A stretch of DNA of 45,218 nucleotides from assembly GCA_016844565.1 (NCBI GenBank), contig JAENJB010000001.1:1-45218 (forward strand), read 5' to 3'. Below the pieces are notes generated by a model that was not told the origin of the DNA, made no database searches, and saw only the letters and a program-made list of their open reading frames with translations. This stretch comes from Dehalococcoidia bacterium (lineage in GTDB: Bacteria; Chloroflexota; Dehalococcoidia; JAENJB01). The position numbers and the translations under genes were made by a program. Below are positions 16,769-24,347 of the stretch, piece by piece (position 1 is the first letter of the stretch; every line of letters begins with the position of its first letter).

Positions 16769-17413
16769 ATGAAAGCAGGTATTTGGGGTCCCTTCCTCTT
16801 ATTCCTAATTTTCGTGACCCTCGCCTGCCAGCCTGCCCAGAGACCCACTCCCACTCCTACTCCAGCTGCGCCTTCTCAAGCTCCTACATCCGCGCCTGCC
16901 CCGATAGCACAGCCCGCCCCAACACCACCAGTAACCCCGGCACCCGTTACCCCAACCCCGACACCAACTCCTCCGTGGCCTGAAAGCGCATATTCAAACC
17001 CGGTTTATGGATGGTCCATTTCCTACCCCAGCGACTGGACGGTCGACAGCTCAAACCCTGCGCTTGTGAGGATTCAGATAGCCGGTCCTGCACTAGTTGG
17101 CATTCACACAGCTACCGTCCGTTTCACTTCCCTGGATGATTTTGTCAATTTCATGCTGGCTGATAATGAGGCCCGCGCGAAACAGAGGGGCCAAACCACG
17201 GTTGTCGTGTCTCGTGGCTCAATATCCTTGCCAAACAGTGTCATTGCTACTGACATCGTCAAAGAGCTAGGACCCGGTGGTAAATCCCGTGATATTTATG
17301 TGCTTATTGGGCAGCAAGCGTTTATCATTAGCGCCGAAACCTATATTCAGAATTGGGACAGGTTCCATCCTTACTTTGAGCGCATGATTGCTTCCTTTAC
17401 GATACCCAAATAG
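16769..17413 (+). CDS. Hypothetical lipoprotein with Pro/Thr-rich linker
   Basis: The signal peptide ends ...VTLAC. A PT-rich linker of about 55 aa follows, then a globular domain (YGWSISYPSDW...). I recognise no family with confidence. Confidence 0.7.
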   Translation: MKAGIWGPFLLFLIFVTLACQPAQRPTPTPTPAAPSQAPTSAPAPIAQPAPTPPVTPAPVTPTPTPTPPWPESAYSNPVYGWSISYPSDWTVDSSNPALVRIQIAGPALVGIHTATVRFTSLDDFVNFMLADNEARAKQRGQTTVVVSRGSISLPNSVIATDIVKELGPGGKSRDIYVLIGQQAFIISAETYIQNWDRFHPYFERMIASFTIPK

Positions 17414-17459
17414 AGCATCTCGACGGGGCCACGTGGTATGACCCGCAGTGCGGCCCTGG

Positions 17460-18119
17460 CTAGAGCGCGGGGAAGACGTTCCTTCGCACGAACTCGAAGT
17501 TGGACTTCACGGCCTCACGTCCCTCGACTATGCCCATGTGGCCGGGCATGACGTACTCGATATCGAGCTTCGCAAGAGCTTCAATGGACTCTTTGAGCTG
17601 CTGCCCGTTGCCGCCCGGCAGGTCGACCCGCCCCGTATTGTGGTCGAAGACCACGTCGCCGCAAATGAGAACCTTCTCCTCCCGGCAGTAGAAACAGACG
17701 CTGTCCGGTGAATGCCCCGGAGCGGTGATGAGCTCGAAGGACAGCTTGCCCGTCTCCAGCCTGGTTTCAAGCGCCCCGTCGGCGCTGAACTCCACCGGCT
17801 CGATGCCGAAGAAGCGCGCCATCTGTCTTACATTCAGGTCGTAGTACTTGGTCTGCAGCGGATGAAGGTTGATTTTCGCACCCGAGGACTCTTTCAGAGA
17901 CTGGTTGGCCCAGCAGTGGTCTCCGTGGAGGTGGGTGTTCACAATCAGGGCTATCTTCTTGGGGTCGAGGCCGTCCCGCGCCATCTCCTCCAGCCGATCG
18001 GGCAGATAGTCGGTGAGGCCGGTGTCTATCATCACCAACAGGTCATCTTTGATGACATAGGTGTTGCAATCGAGCATGCCCTTCTCGGGGTAGGTGTATA
18101 TCCGGTCGGTTATTTTCAT
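17460..18119 (-). CDS. MBL-fold metallo-hydrolase
   Basis: The THLHGDHC (HxHxDH) motif is present, followed by ...TAPGHSPDS.... I prefer ATG 18119, which has AAGAGGAA upstream. Confidence 0.85.
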   Translation of the reverse strand: MKITDRIYTYPEKGMLDCNTYVIKDDLLVMIDTGLTDYLPDRLEEMARDGLDPKKIALIVNTHLHGDHCWANQSLKESSGAKINLHPLQTKYYDLNVRQMARFFGIEPVEFSADGALETRLETGKLSFELITAPGHSPDSVCFYCREEKVLICGDVVFDHNTGRVDLPGGNGQQLKESIEALAKLDIEYVMPGHMGIVEGREAVKSNFEFVRRNVFPAL

Positions 18120-18185
18120 GCGTTCCTCTTTTCCGGTGAGATCGTCTGGCAATCGCCACTGTCATTTTTTCGGGAACGCCCGTTT

Positions 18186-18367
18186 GTCATTCCCGCGAAG
18201 ATAGCCACTTCTGGCACGGCCTGTCATTGCGAGCCCCTCCCGACAAGTCGGGAGGGCGAAGCAATCTCTGAGCCACTAGTACCGTATGAGATTGCTTCGG
18301 GCTTAGCCCTCGCAATGACGGCAACTGCTTTGAATCGTAATGCCAGCCCCCTGCCACTCGCAATGAC
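18186..18367. repeat. Composite: outer A-like element enclosing a 97-bp family A long isoform (18223-18319)
   Basis: The outer left end is GTCATTCCCGCGAAGATAGCCACTTCTGGCACG and the outer right end is CTCGCAATGAC (18357-18367). The inner copy aligns with 14921 and 45001. Confidence 0.85.
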
Positions 18368-18383
18368 AGATGAACATGGTTTT

Positions 18384-19178
18384 TTACTTCCCCTTGAACT
18401 GGGGGGCTCTCTTCTCCATGAAGGAAGCTATCGCTTCTTTGTAGTCCTCCGTCTTGACGCAAATCTTCTGGCAGTAAATCTCGAGCTCCACCTGCTTTTC
18501 CAGGCTGTTCTCCAGCCCGGCGTAGAGCGCCTGCTTGGCGAGCCTGGCCGTGACGGGCGGGACCCTGGCCATTGACAGGGCCAGGCCCCTGGCTTCCGTG
18601 AGCAGCGACCCCGGGGGCACAAGGCGGTCCACCAGACCGATGCTCAGAGCTTCTGGGGCCCCGATGGTCCGGCCGCCGAGCACCAGCTCCATCGCCCTGG
18701 ACATGCCCACCAGGCGCGGAAGGGTGGAAGAACAGGCGAAATCGGGGACCAGTCCTCTCTGGACAAAGGCCATGTTGAACTTCGCCTTTTCCGAAGCCAG
18801 GCGCATGTCGCAAAGGAGGGCCAGGGAGACGCCGGCGCCGGCCGCCGCGCCGTTTATGGCGGCGATGACCGGTATCTGCATGCCCCTCAGGCTCTTGACT
18901 ACCATCTGGATACTGGCCAGCAGATAGTCCTGGCGGGCCAGCGGGTCCTGCGCCTGGGCGGCCCTGATGTTGGCCACATCGACCCCGGAGCAGAAGCCGT
19001 CTCCGGCGCCGGTGATTATCAAAGCGCGGCTGCTCGGATTCAGATTGGTCTCGCGAAGCGCGCTGGGGAACTCCTCGAAAATCATGTCCTCGGTGAGGGC
19101 GTTCAGCCTCTCGGGACGGTTCAGGGTCAGGACGGTGACCTGGTCCGCCGTCTCCACGGTTATGTATTTGTAGGGCAT
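18384..19178 (-). CDS. Enoyl-CoA hydratase/isomerase (crotonase family)
   Basis: The protein reads LTLNRPERLNALT...ALIITGAGDGFCSGVDV...PVIAAINGAAAGAG.... Confidence 0.92.
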   Translation of the reverse strand: MPYKYITVETADQVTVLTLNRPERLNALTEDMIFEEFPSALRETNLNPSSRALIITGAGDGFCSGVDVANIRAAQAQDPLARQDYLLASIQMVVKSLRGMQIPVIAAINGAAAGAGVSLALLCDMRLASEKAKFNMAFVQRGLVPDFACSSTLPRLVGMSRAMELVLGGRTIGAPEALSIGLVDRLVPPGSLLTEARGLALSMARVPPVTARLAKQALYAGLENSLEKQVELEIYCQKICVKTEDYKEAIASFMEKRAPQFKGK

Positions 19179-19288
19179 GAGGGGCCTCCTTCGCCACGGC
19201 TGGACAATTGGCCTATTTTATCACAGGGAAAAGGAAACTTGCCCATGGGTCACCCTCACCCTCTCCCTTTATGGGTCTTGCCTCAAGT

Positions 19289-19388
19289 GTCATTCTGAGG
19301 AGCGAAGCGACGAAGAATCTCTGGGTGGGGTTAGTGATGCAGAAATAGGCCCCACCGCTCCGAGATCCTTCGCTTCGCTCAGGATGAC
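19289..19388. repeat. Family B 100-bp palindromic element
   Basis: The ends are GTCATTCTGAGGAGCGAAGCGACGAAGAATCTC...GAGATCCTTCGCTTCGCTCAGGATGAC. It is 99/100 identical to the reverse complement of 26536-26635. Confidence 0.9.
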
Positions 19389-19422
19389 AGGGTGGCGGCA
19401 CTTTTGGGGCAAAGCCCCCGTG

Positions 19423-19490
19423 ATGGGAGAGGGGAAAGCCTTCTCTCTCCCCCGGAGGGAGAGAGTTAGAGAGAGGGGGATCGAGTCCCC
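19423..19490. repeat. Family C hairpin repeat (CTCTCCC..GGGAGAG type)
   Basis: The sequence reads GGGAGAGGGGaaagccttCTCTCTCCCCCGGAGGGAGAGAGTTAGAGAGAGGGGG. The same motif class occurs at 20343, 29505, 29728, 29805 and 45175. Confidence 0.6.
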
Positions 19491-19495
19491 ATTCC

Positions 19496-19525
19496 TTGAC
19501 GCCGGAAAGGAGCGTTTGTTACAAT
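19496..19525 (+). promoter_or_regulatory. sigma70-like promoter (TTGACG-18-TACAAT)
   Basis: Counted directly. It lies 35 nt upstream of the peptidase ATG, and GGAGG is at 19545-19549. Confidence 0.45.
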
Positions 19526-19559
19526 GATGTATCGGTACCACTTTGGAGGCATAGCGTAG

Positions 19560-20267
19560 ATGTTCTTTGATCCCATGTGGCTGCTGTTTATGGCGCCAGC
19601 CTTTATTTTCATGCTGTACGCGCAGGCCAAGGTCAAGTCGGCGTATAGTAAGTACTCCCGGGTGCCCAACGCTCGCGGCATGAGCGGCGCGCAGGCGGCT
19701 CAAAACCTGCTCCGGGCCAGCGGCCTGGGCCATGTGAAGGTTGAAGCTACCAGGGGTAACCTTACCGACCACTACGATCCACGCGGCAAGGTGCTCCGTC
19801 TTTCCGACGGCGTTTATTCCTCCACATCGGTAGCTGCCATGGGGATAGTGGCCCATGAGGTAGGACACGCAGTGCAGGACGGCGCCGGCTATGCTCCAAT
19901 GCGGGTGAGAACCGCCCTGGTGCCGGCGGCCAGTCTGGGCAGCACCCTGGGCTGGATCTTCGTCATGGTCGGATTGGTCCTCTCGGCTATGGGCTCGGGC
20001 TTCGGCATTAACGTCGCCTGGCTGGGGGTCATACTCTTTGCGGCGGCGGTACTCTTCACCCTGATTACCCTGCCGGTGGAGTTCAACGCCAGCTCCCGCG
20101 CCCTTCAGATGCTGCGGGGCAACGGGTTGATTGTCGCTCAAGAATACGATGGCGCCCGGGCCGTCCTGTCAGCGGCGGCGCTTACTTATGTGGCCGCCAT
20201 GCTCCAGGCAGTCTCTCAGCTCCTTTACTTCGTCTTTCTTCTCACGGGCGCGCGGCGGAGAGATTAG
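19560..20267 (+). CDS. Membrane zinc metallopeptidase, YugP/Zn_peptidase_2 family
   Basis: An N-terminal TM segment, HEVGHAVQ (HExxH) and C-terminal TM segments are present. The 235-aa length is typical. Confidence 0.88.
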   Translation: MFFDPMWLLFMAPAFIFMLYAQAKVKSAYSKYSRVPNARGMSGAQAAQNLLRASGLGHVKVEATRGNLTDHYDPRGKVLRLSDGVYSSTSVAAMGIVAHEVGHAVQDGAGYAPMRVRTALVPAASLGSTLGWIFVMVGLVLSAMGSGFGINVAWLGVILFAAAVLFTLITLPVEFNASSRALQMLRGNGLIVAQEYDGARAVLSAAALTYVAAMLQAVSQLLYFVFLLTGARRRD

Positions 20268-20289
20268 TCCCCGGCGCAAGAATATGTTC

Positions 20290-20326
20290 AGGCCCCCTCT
20301 CACTGTAGAGGGGGCCTTCCCATTTG
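20290..20326 (+). terminator. Stem-loop terminator candidate after the peptidase gene
   Basis: The stem is AGGCCCCCTCT/AGAGGGGGCCT (11 bp) with a 6-nt loop. It is followed by a T-rich tcccatttg. Confidence 0.55.
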
Positions 20327-20342
20327 TAGACCGAGGTTGTCT

Positions 20343-20475
20343 AATAACCGCAGCCCCCTCACTCTAACTCTCCCCCGCCTGTTCGGCGAGGGCTTCTCCC
20401 GCCAGGGGAGAGAGAAGATAAACCCTCTCCCTCGATGGGAGAGGGTAAGGGTAAGGGTGAGGGTGAAAGGAGGCC
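20343..20475. repeat. Family C repeat cluster with a GGGTRA hexamer run
   Basis: Hairpins of the CTCTCCC..GGGAGAG type are followed by GGGTAAGGGTAAGGGTGAGGGTGA. Confidence 0.7.
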
Positions 20476-20479
20476 GGAC

Positions 20480-21295
20480 TTGCAGGAAAAGAGAGACCCG
20501 GGCAGTTTCGAGACGCTGACGAGTATAATGTCGACTTTGCGTCAACCGGACGGCTGTCCCTGGGACCGGGAGCAGACAGCCGCGTCCCTGAAGCCCTATG
20601 TGATTGAGGAAGCCTATGAGGTCATAGAAGCCGTGGACAGCGGCGACCCTGAGAAGCTGTGCGAGGAGCTGGGCGACCTGCTCCTGCAGGTGGTCTTCCA
20701 GGCCCAGATAGCGGCGGAGAGGCAGGAGTTCGATATCAAGGATGTCATCCGGGGCATAAGCGATAAGCTGGTCCACCGCCATCCTCACGTCTTCGGCAAC
20801 GTGCGGATCAAGACCGCCGCGGAGGTGACCCACCGGTGGGAGGCGCTCAAGCGTGAGGAGAAGGGCAAGGAGACTTCCGTTCTGGATGGCGTACCGCGGA
20901 ACATGCCTGCCCTGGCCTGCAGCCAGGCGCTTCAGGAGCGGGCGGCGCGGGTGGGCTTCGACTGGCCGGACGTCGGGGGAGTAATGGAGAAGGTGGTGGA
21001 GGAGACCAGGGAGTTGAAGGAGGCTGCCGCCCCGGAGCGGAGGGCAGAGGAATTCGGCGACCTGCTTTTCGCCCTGGTCAATCTGGCGCGCCACCTGGGC
21101 ATAGACGCTGAGGACGCGCTGCGCCGGACCGGCCAGAGGTTCAGTGCCCGTTTCGGCTACCTGGAGGGGACCTGCCGGGAGAGGGGCGTGCCCATCGACA
21201 GTCTTTCCCTTGAAGAGATGGACGGGTTGTGGGAGGAGGCGAAAAGTAAAGGTGTGGGGGACCGCGAGGGGGAGAGTCGGGGCGGGCAGACTTGA
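20480..21295 (+). CDS. mazG: Nucleoside triphosphate pyrophosphohydrolase MazG
   Basis: The protein reads FETLTSIMSTLRQPDGCPWDREQT...EEAYEVIEA... with a second EExxE repeat. I prefer TTG 20480 (AGGAGG 6 nt upstream). The track ATG at 20435 lies inside the repeat. Confidence 0.85.
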   Translation: MQEKRDPGSFETLTSIMSTLRQPDGCPWDREQTAASLKPYVIEEAYEVIEAVDSGDPEKLCEELGDLLLQVVFQAQIAAERQEFDIKDVIRGISDKLVHRHPHVFGNVRIKTAAEVTHRWEALKREEKGKETSVLDGVPRNMPALACSQALQERAARVGFDWPDVGGVMEKVVEETRELKEAAAPERRAEEFGDLLFALVNLARHLGIDAEDALRRTGQRFSARFGYLEGTCRERGVPIDSLSLEEMDGLWEEAKSKGVGDREGESRGGQT

Positions 21296-21349
21296 ACTGC
21301 CGACCTCTTGGTCCCGAACCAAGCGCGCTGCCAACTGCGCTACGCCCCG
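21277..21349 (-). tRNA. tRNA-Pro (anticodon CGG)
   Basis: I folded the cloverleaf by hand. The acceptor is CGGGGCG/CGCCCCG, the D stem GCGC/GCGC, and the anticodon stem CTTGG/CCAAG with loop TTCGGGA. The T stem is GGCAG/CTGCC with loop TTCAAGT and the discriminator is A. CCA is not encoded. Confidence 0.95.
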
Positions 21350-21359
21350 GTGCTGTGTC

Positions 21360-21388
21360 ATTATAAGTTTATGGCTTCGATGATACAA
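21360..21388 (-). promoter_or_regulatory. sigma70-like promoter for tRNA-Pro (TTGTAT-17-TATAAT on the minus strand)
   Basis: Reverse complement read directly. The -10 box ends 10 nt before the mature tRNA 5' end. Confidence 0.45.
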
Positions 21389-21465
21389 GTGATCACTCGG
21401 TCATTGCGAAGAGCGTAGCGGTACAGGACGGTTGAAGGTGAACGCAGGTAGCCCTACCAACTTAT

Positions 21466-21563
21466 GTCACTCTGAGCGCAGCGAAGAGTCGCGGGGCAGT
21501 GGGGACGCACACCCACATCCGAGATTCTTCGGCCTCCGCCGCTGCGGACGGCCTCAGAATGAC
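21466..21563. repeat. Family B-like palindromic element (diverged)
   Basis: The ends are GTCACTCTGAGCGCAGCGAAGAGTCGC...GAGATTCTTCGGCC...CCTCAGAATGAC. Confidence 0.8.
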
Positions 21564-21637
21564 ATGTCCGGGGGGAGTGACAACGCGGCTGTTTTCATAA
21601 CAATGACAGGTGCGGGAGCCCCGCATCTGGTAAAATA

Positions 21638-22846
21638 GTGGTCATGCCGATGAAATACTGTGTTTTAATAATGGATGGTGCGGCGGGATGGCCCGTGCCT
21701 GGAAAGGGCACGCTGACCACTCTGGAGATGGCCCGCACACCCAACCTGGACAGCATGGTCTCCGAGGGAGCACTGGGAAAGGTGCGGACGGTGCCGCCGG
21801 GCATGGAGCCATCCAGCGCCTGCGGCTGTATGTCTATCCTGGGCTACGATCCCCAGGTCTACTATCAGGGGCGGAGCGGCATTGAGGCCAGGAGCATGGG
21901 TGTCCCGCTCCAGGAGGGAGAGGTAGTCTTCCGGTGCAACCTGGTGGCCGTAGGAGATGACAAGATGTGGAGCTACAGCGCCGGCCACATCAGCACCGCG
22001 GAAGGCCGCCAGCTCATTCACTCGCTGCAAGAAAGCCTGGGTGACCGCGAGGTCCGCTTCTACCCCGGGGTTGGCTACCGCAACCTCTGCGTCATCAAGG
22101 GCCACGAGGACACTTTGCAGGCGGTCTGCACTCCTCCTCATGACATTCCCAATAAGCCTGTCAAGGGATTCCTGCCTAAAGGGCAGGGGAGCGAGTTCCT
22201 CCGGAGCCTGATGTCCCGCTCCGAGGAGGTGCTCCGAGACCACCCGGTGAACCAGGAGCGGCGGTCAAGGGGAGATATGCCGGCGACCACGGTGTGGCTT
22301 TTCTGGGGATCGAGGCAGTCGCCCGAGCTGCCTCCCTTCAAGCAGCGTTTCGGCCTCAAGGCTGCCATGACCTCCGGGGTAGACCTGCTCCGGGGCATGG
22401 CCGGGATGGCTGGCATTGCCAGCCTCGATATTGCCGGCGTGACCGATGGGCCCGATAACGACTATGCCGCTCAGGCGAGCGGCGCCCTGGCAGCGTTGCA
22501 GGAGCATGACCTGGTGGTCATTCATATCGAAGCGCCGGATGAGGCCGGACATGGCGGCTATGTGAAACAGAAGATAGAGGCGCTGGAGAACATAGACCGC
22601 GAGGTCGTCGGCAGGATCCGAGAATGGCGGGGTGACGCCCTGCGGGTCCTGGTCTTGCCCGACCACGCGACGCCCATAGCCATCCAGACGCATGCCCCGG
22701 AACCGGTCCCCTTCCTCATGTGGGGTCCCGGATTCTCGGGAAACGGGGCGAAGCGTTTCACGGAGGTGCAGGCCGGCGTGACCGGCCTCTTCGTGACGGA
22801 AGGGCATGCTCTAATGAGCCGGTTTTTGTCCGCGGCCAGAGCCTGA
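21638..22846 (+). CDS. Cofactor-independent phosphoglycerate mutase-family protein (ApgM-like); candidate non-canonical homoserine kinase
   Basis: The protein reads MKYCVLIMDGAAGWP...TPNLDSM...VPPGMEPSSACGCMSILGYDP...HIEAPDEAGH. It lies immediately upstream of aspartate kinase. The start may instead be ATG 21650. Confidence 0.85.
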   Translation: MVMPMKYCVLIMDGAAGWPVPGKGTLTTLEMARTPNLDSMVSEGALGKVRTVPPGMEPSSACGCMSILGYDPQVYYQGRSGIEARSMGVPLQEGEVVFRCNLVAVGDDKMWSYSAGHISTAEGRQLIHSLQESLGDREVRFYPGVGYRNLCVIKGHEDTLQAVCTPPHDIPNKPVKGFLPKGQGSEFLRSLMSRSEEVLRDHPVNQERRSRGDMPATTVWLFWGSRQSPELPPFKQRFGLKAAMTSGVDLLRGMAGMAGIASLDIAGVTDGPDNDYAAQASGALAALQEHDLVVIHIEAPDEAGHGGYVKQKIEALENIDREVVGRIREWRGDALRVLVLPDHATPIAIQTHAPEPVPFLMWGPGFSGNGAKRFTEVQAGVTGLFVTEGHALMSRFLSAARA

Positions 22847-22859
22847 GAAGGAGACGGAG

Positions 22860-24080
22860 ATGGCGCTGATTGTACAGAAATACGGTGGCACCTCGGTGGG
22901 CGATGCCGAGAGGATCAAGAGTGTGGCCCGCCGCATCACAGCCGCCAAGGAAAAAGGCAACCAGGTCGTGGTGGTGGTATCAGCCATGGGCGACACCACA
23001 GACAATCTCGTCACCATGGCGCACCAGCTTAATCCTCAGCCCGACGCCAGAGAGATGGATGCTCTGCTCGCCACCGGCGAGGTGGTCTCCAGCACCCTCA
23101 TGACCATGGCCCTGGAAGCCATGGGGCACAAGGCCATCAGCCTCAATGGCATCCAGGCGGGCATACGTACCGATACTGCCCACAGCAGGGCGCGCATCAC
23201 CCAGGTGGACCCGAAGAGGATATTGGAGGAGCTGGAGAGGGACTTCATCGTGGTGGTGGCGGGCTTTCAGGGCGTGAGCGACGGGATGGACGTCACCACT
23301 CTGGGGAGGGGAGGCTCGGATACCACGGCGGTGGCGCTGGCCATCAGCTTGAAAGCTCGGAGATGTGAAATCTATACCGATGTGGAGGGGGTGTACACCA
23401 CCGACCCCAACCTTATTCCCGAGGCGAAGAAGCTGGAAGAGATAGGCTACGAGGAGATGCTGGAGCTGGCCTCCTACGGAGCGAAGGTAATGCACTCGCG
23501 CGCCGTGGAGCTCGCTCAGCTTTACGGCATGCCCATTCTGGTGGCTTCCAGTTTTAGCGAAAATCCTGGCACTCTGATTCATGGAGGGATACCCATGGAG
23601 ATTAGAAACAAGGTGCGTGGTATTGCCTATGACCTGGATGTGGCCAAGGTCACCGTCATCGGCGTGCCCGATAAGCCGGGCATCGCCGCCAGCATTTTTG
23701 AGCCGCTGTCTACGGCGGGCATCAGCGTGGATACCATCGTCCAGAATGCCAGCATCAACAATCTCGCTGATTTGTCATTCACGGTGACACGGAGCGACCT
23801 CGACAAGGCTATGCGTCTCATCGAGCCAGTGGCCAGGCTCATCGGCGCTCAGAAGTGCGTCGGAGACTCCAGCCTGGCCAAGGTGAGCATTGTGGGCACC
23901 GGCATGCAGAACACGCCGGGCTACGCGGCCAAGATGTTCAAGGCCTTCTATCAGGAGGGCGTCAATATCCAGTTGATCACCACATCCGAGATAAGAATCA
24001 CCTGCATCATTACCGAGAAACAGGTGAAGAAGGCTGTGGACGCCCTCCACCGGGCCTTCGTCATGGAAAAGGAAGCCTAG
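22860..24080 (+). CDS. lysC: Aspartate kinase with C-terminal ACT domains
   Basis: The protein reads IVQKYGGTSVGD...VVVVSAMGDTTD...LGRGGSDTTAVALA... followed by two ACT-like repeats. Confidence 0.95.
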   Translation: MALIVQKYGGTSVGDAERIKSVARRITAAKEKGNQVVVVVSAMGDTTDNLVTMAHQLNPQPDAREMDALLATGEVVSSTLMTMALEAMGHKAISLNGIQAGIRTDTAHSRARITQVDPKRILEELERDFIVVVAGFQGVSDGMDVTTLGRGGSDTTAVALAISLKARRCEIYTDVEGVYTTDPNLIPEAKKLEEIGYEEMLELASYGAKVMHSRAVELAQLYGMPILVASSFSENPGTLIHGGIPMEIRNKVRGIAYDLDVAKVTVIGVPDKPGIAASIFEPLSTAGISVDTIVQNASINNLADLSFTVTRSDLDKAMRLIEPVARLIGAQKCVGDSSLAKVSIVGTGMQNTPGYAAKMFKAFYQEGVNIQLITTSEIRITCIITEKQVKKAVDALHRAFVMEKEA

Positions 24081-24347
24081 ATGACCTGGTATCTTATCGG
24101 TTCGCTGGCCGCCCTCTTCACCAGCCTCGGGTTTGTGCCGCAGATGGTCAAGATGTGGCGGACACGGTCAGTGAAGGACATCAGCCCGCTGACTCTGGGC
24201 CAACTCGCCCTTGGGGTCTCCCTCTGGACGGTTTACGGGCTGCATCTGAAAGACACCATAATAGTAGCCGCCAACGTGATATCTCTGGCTACCCTGCTCC
24301 TCGGCCTCGCCCTCTACCTTCGTTACTCCGCCAGGAAGCGGACGTGA
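24081..24347 (+). CDS. SemiSWEET (PQ-loop) sugar transporter, 3 TM
   Basis: It is 88 aa with three hydrophobic helices and LGFVPQMVKMWRTRSVKDISPLT (PQ motif). The ATG directly abuts the lysC stop. Confidence 0.85.
   Translation: MTWYLIGSLAALFTSLGFVPQMVKMWRTRSVKDISPLTLGQLALGVSLWTVYGLHLKDTIIVAANVISLATLLLGLALYLRYSARKRT

Noticed and set aside
18187-19197. A 336-aa minus-strand ORF in an alternative frame.
   Set aside because: It overlaps the crotonase gene (18384-19178), which has clear family motifs. The alternative product is Arg/Gly/Pro-rich and extends into the repeats.
20300-21388. A 362-aa minus-strand ORF.
   Set aside because: It runs antisense through mazG, through tRNA-Pro and into repeat sequence, and it has a low-complexity composition. 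MazG motifs are unambiguous on the plus strand.
21277-21640. Integrative elements or prophage remnants at tRNA-Pro or tRNA-His.
   Set aside because: There is no integrase, excisionase or phage gene nearby. I could not find a direct repeat of either tRNA 3' end in the window. The small MerR/Xis-like gene at 1105 is far from both tRNAs.
21630-21650. An extended -10 element (TGgTAAAAT at 21627-21635) as the promoter of the apgM-like gene.
   Set aside because: It would place the transcription start after ATG 21638 and only about 7 nt before ATG 21650, leaving no room for an SD. It is plausible only if the mRNA is nearly leaderless, and the evidence is not enough to call it.
23855-24343. The long N-terminal extension of the nucleotidyltransferase ORF, and the similar extension of cbiH (15647-15913).
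   Set aside because: Both are out-of-frame overlaps with well-supported upstream genes (lysC/SemiSWEET and cbiG). GTG starts overlapping the upstream stops give proteins that begin at the conserved N-terminal motifs.
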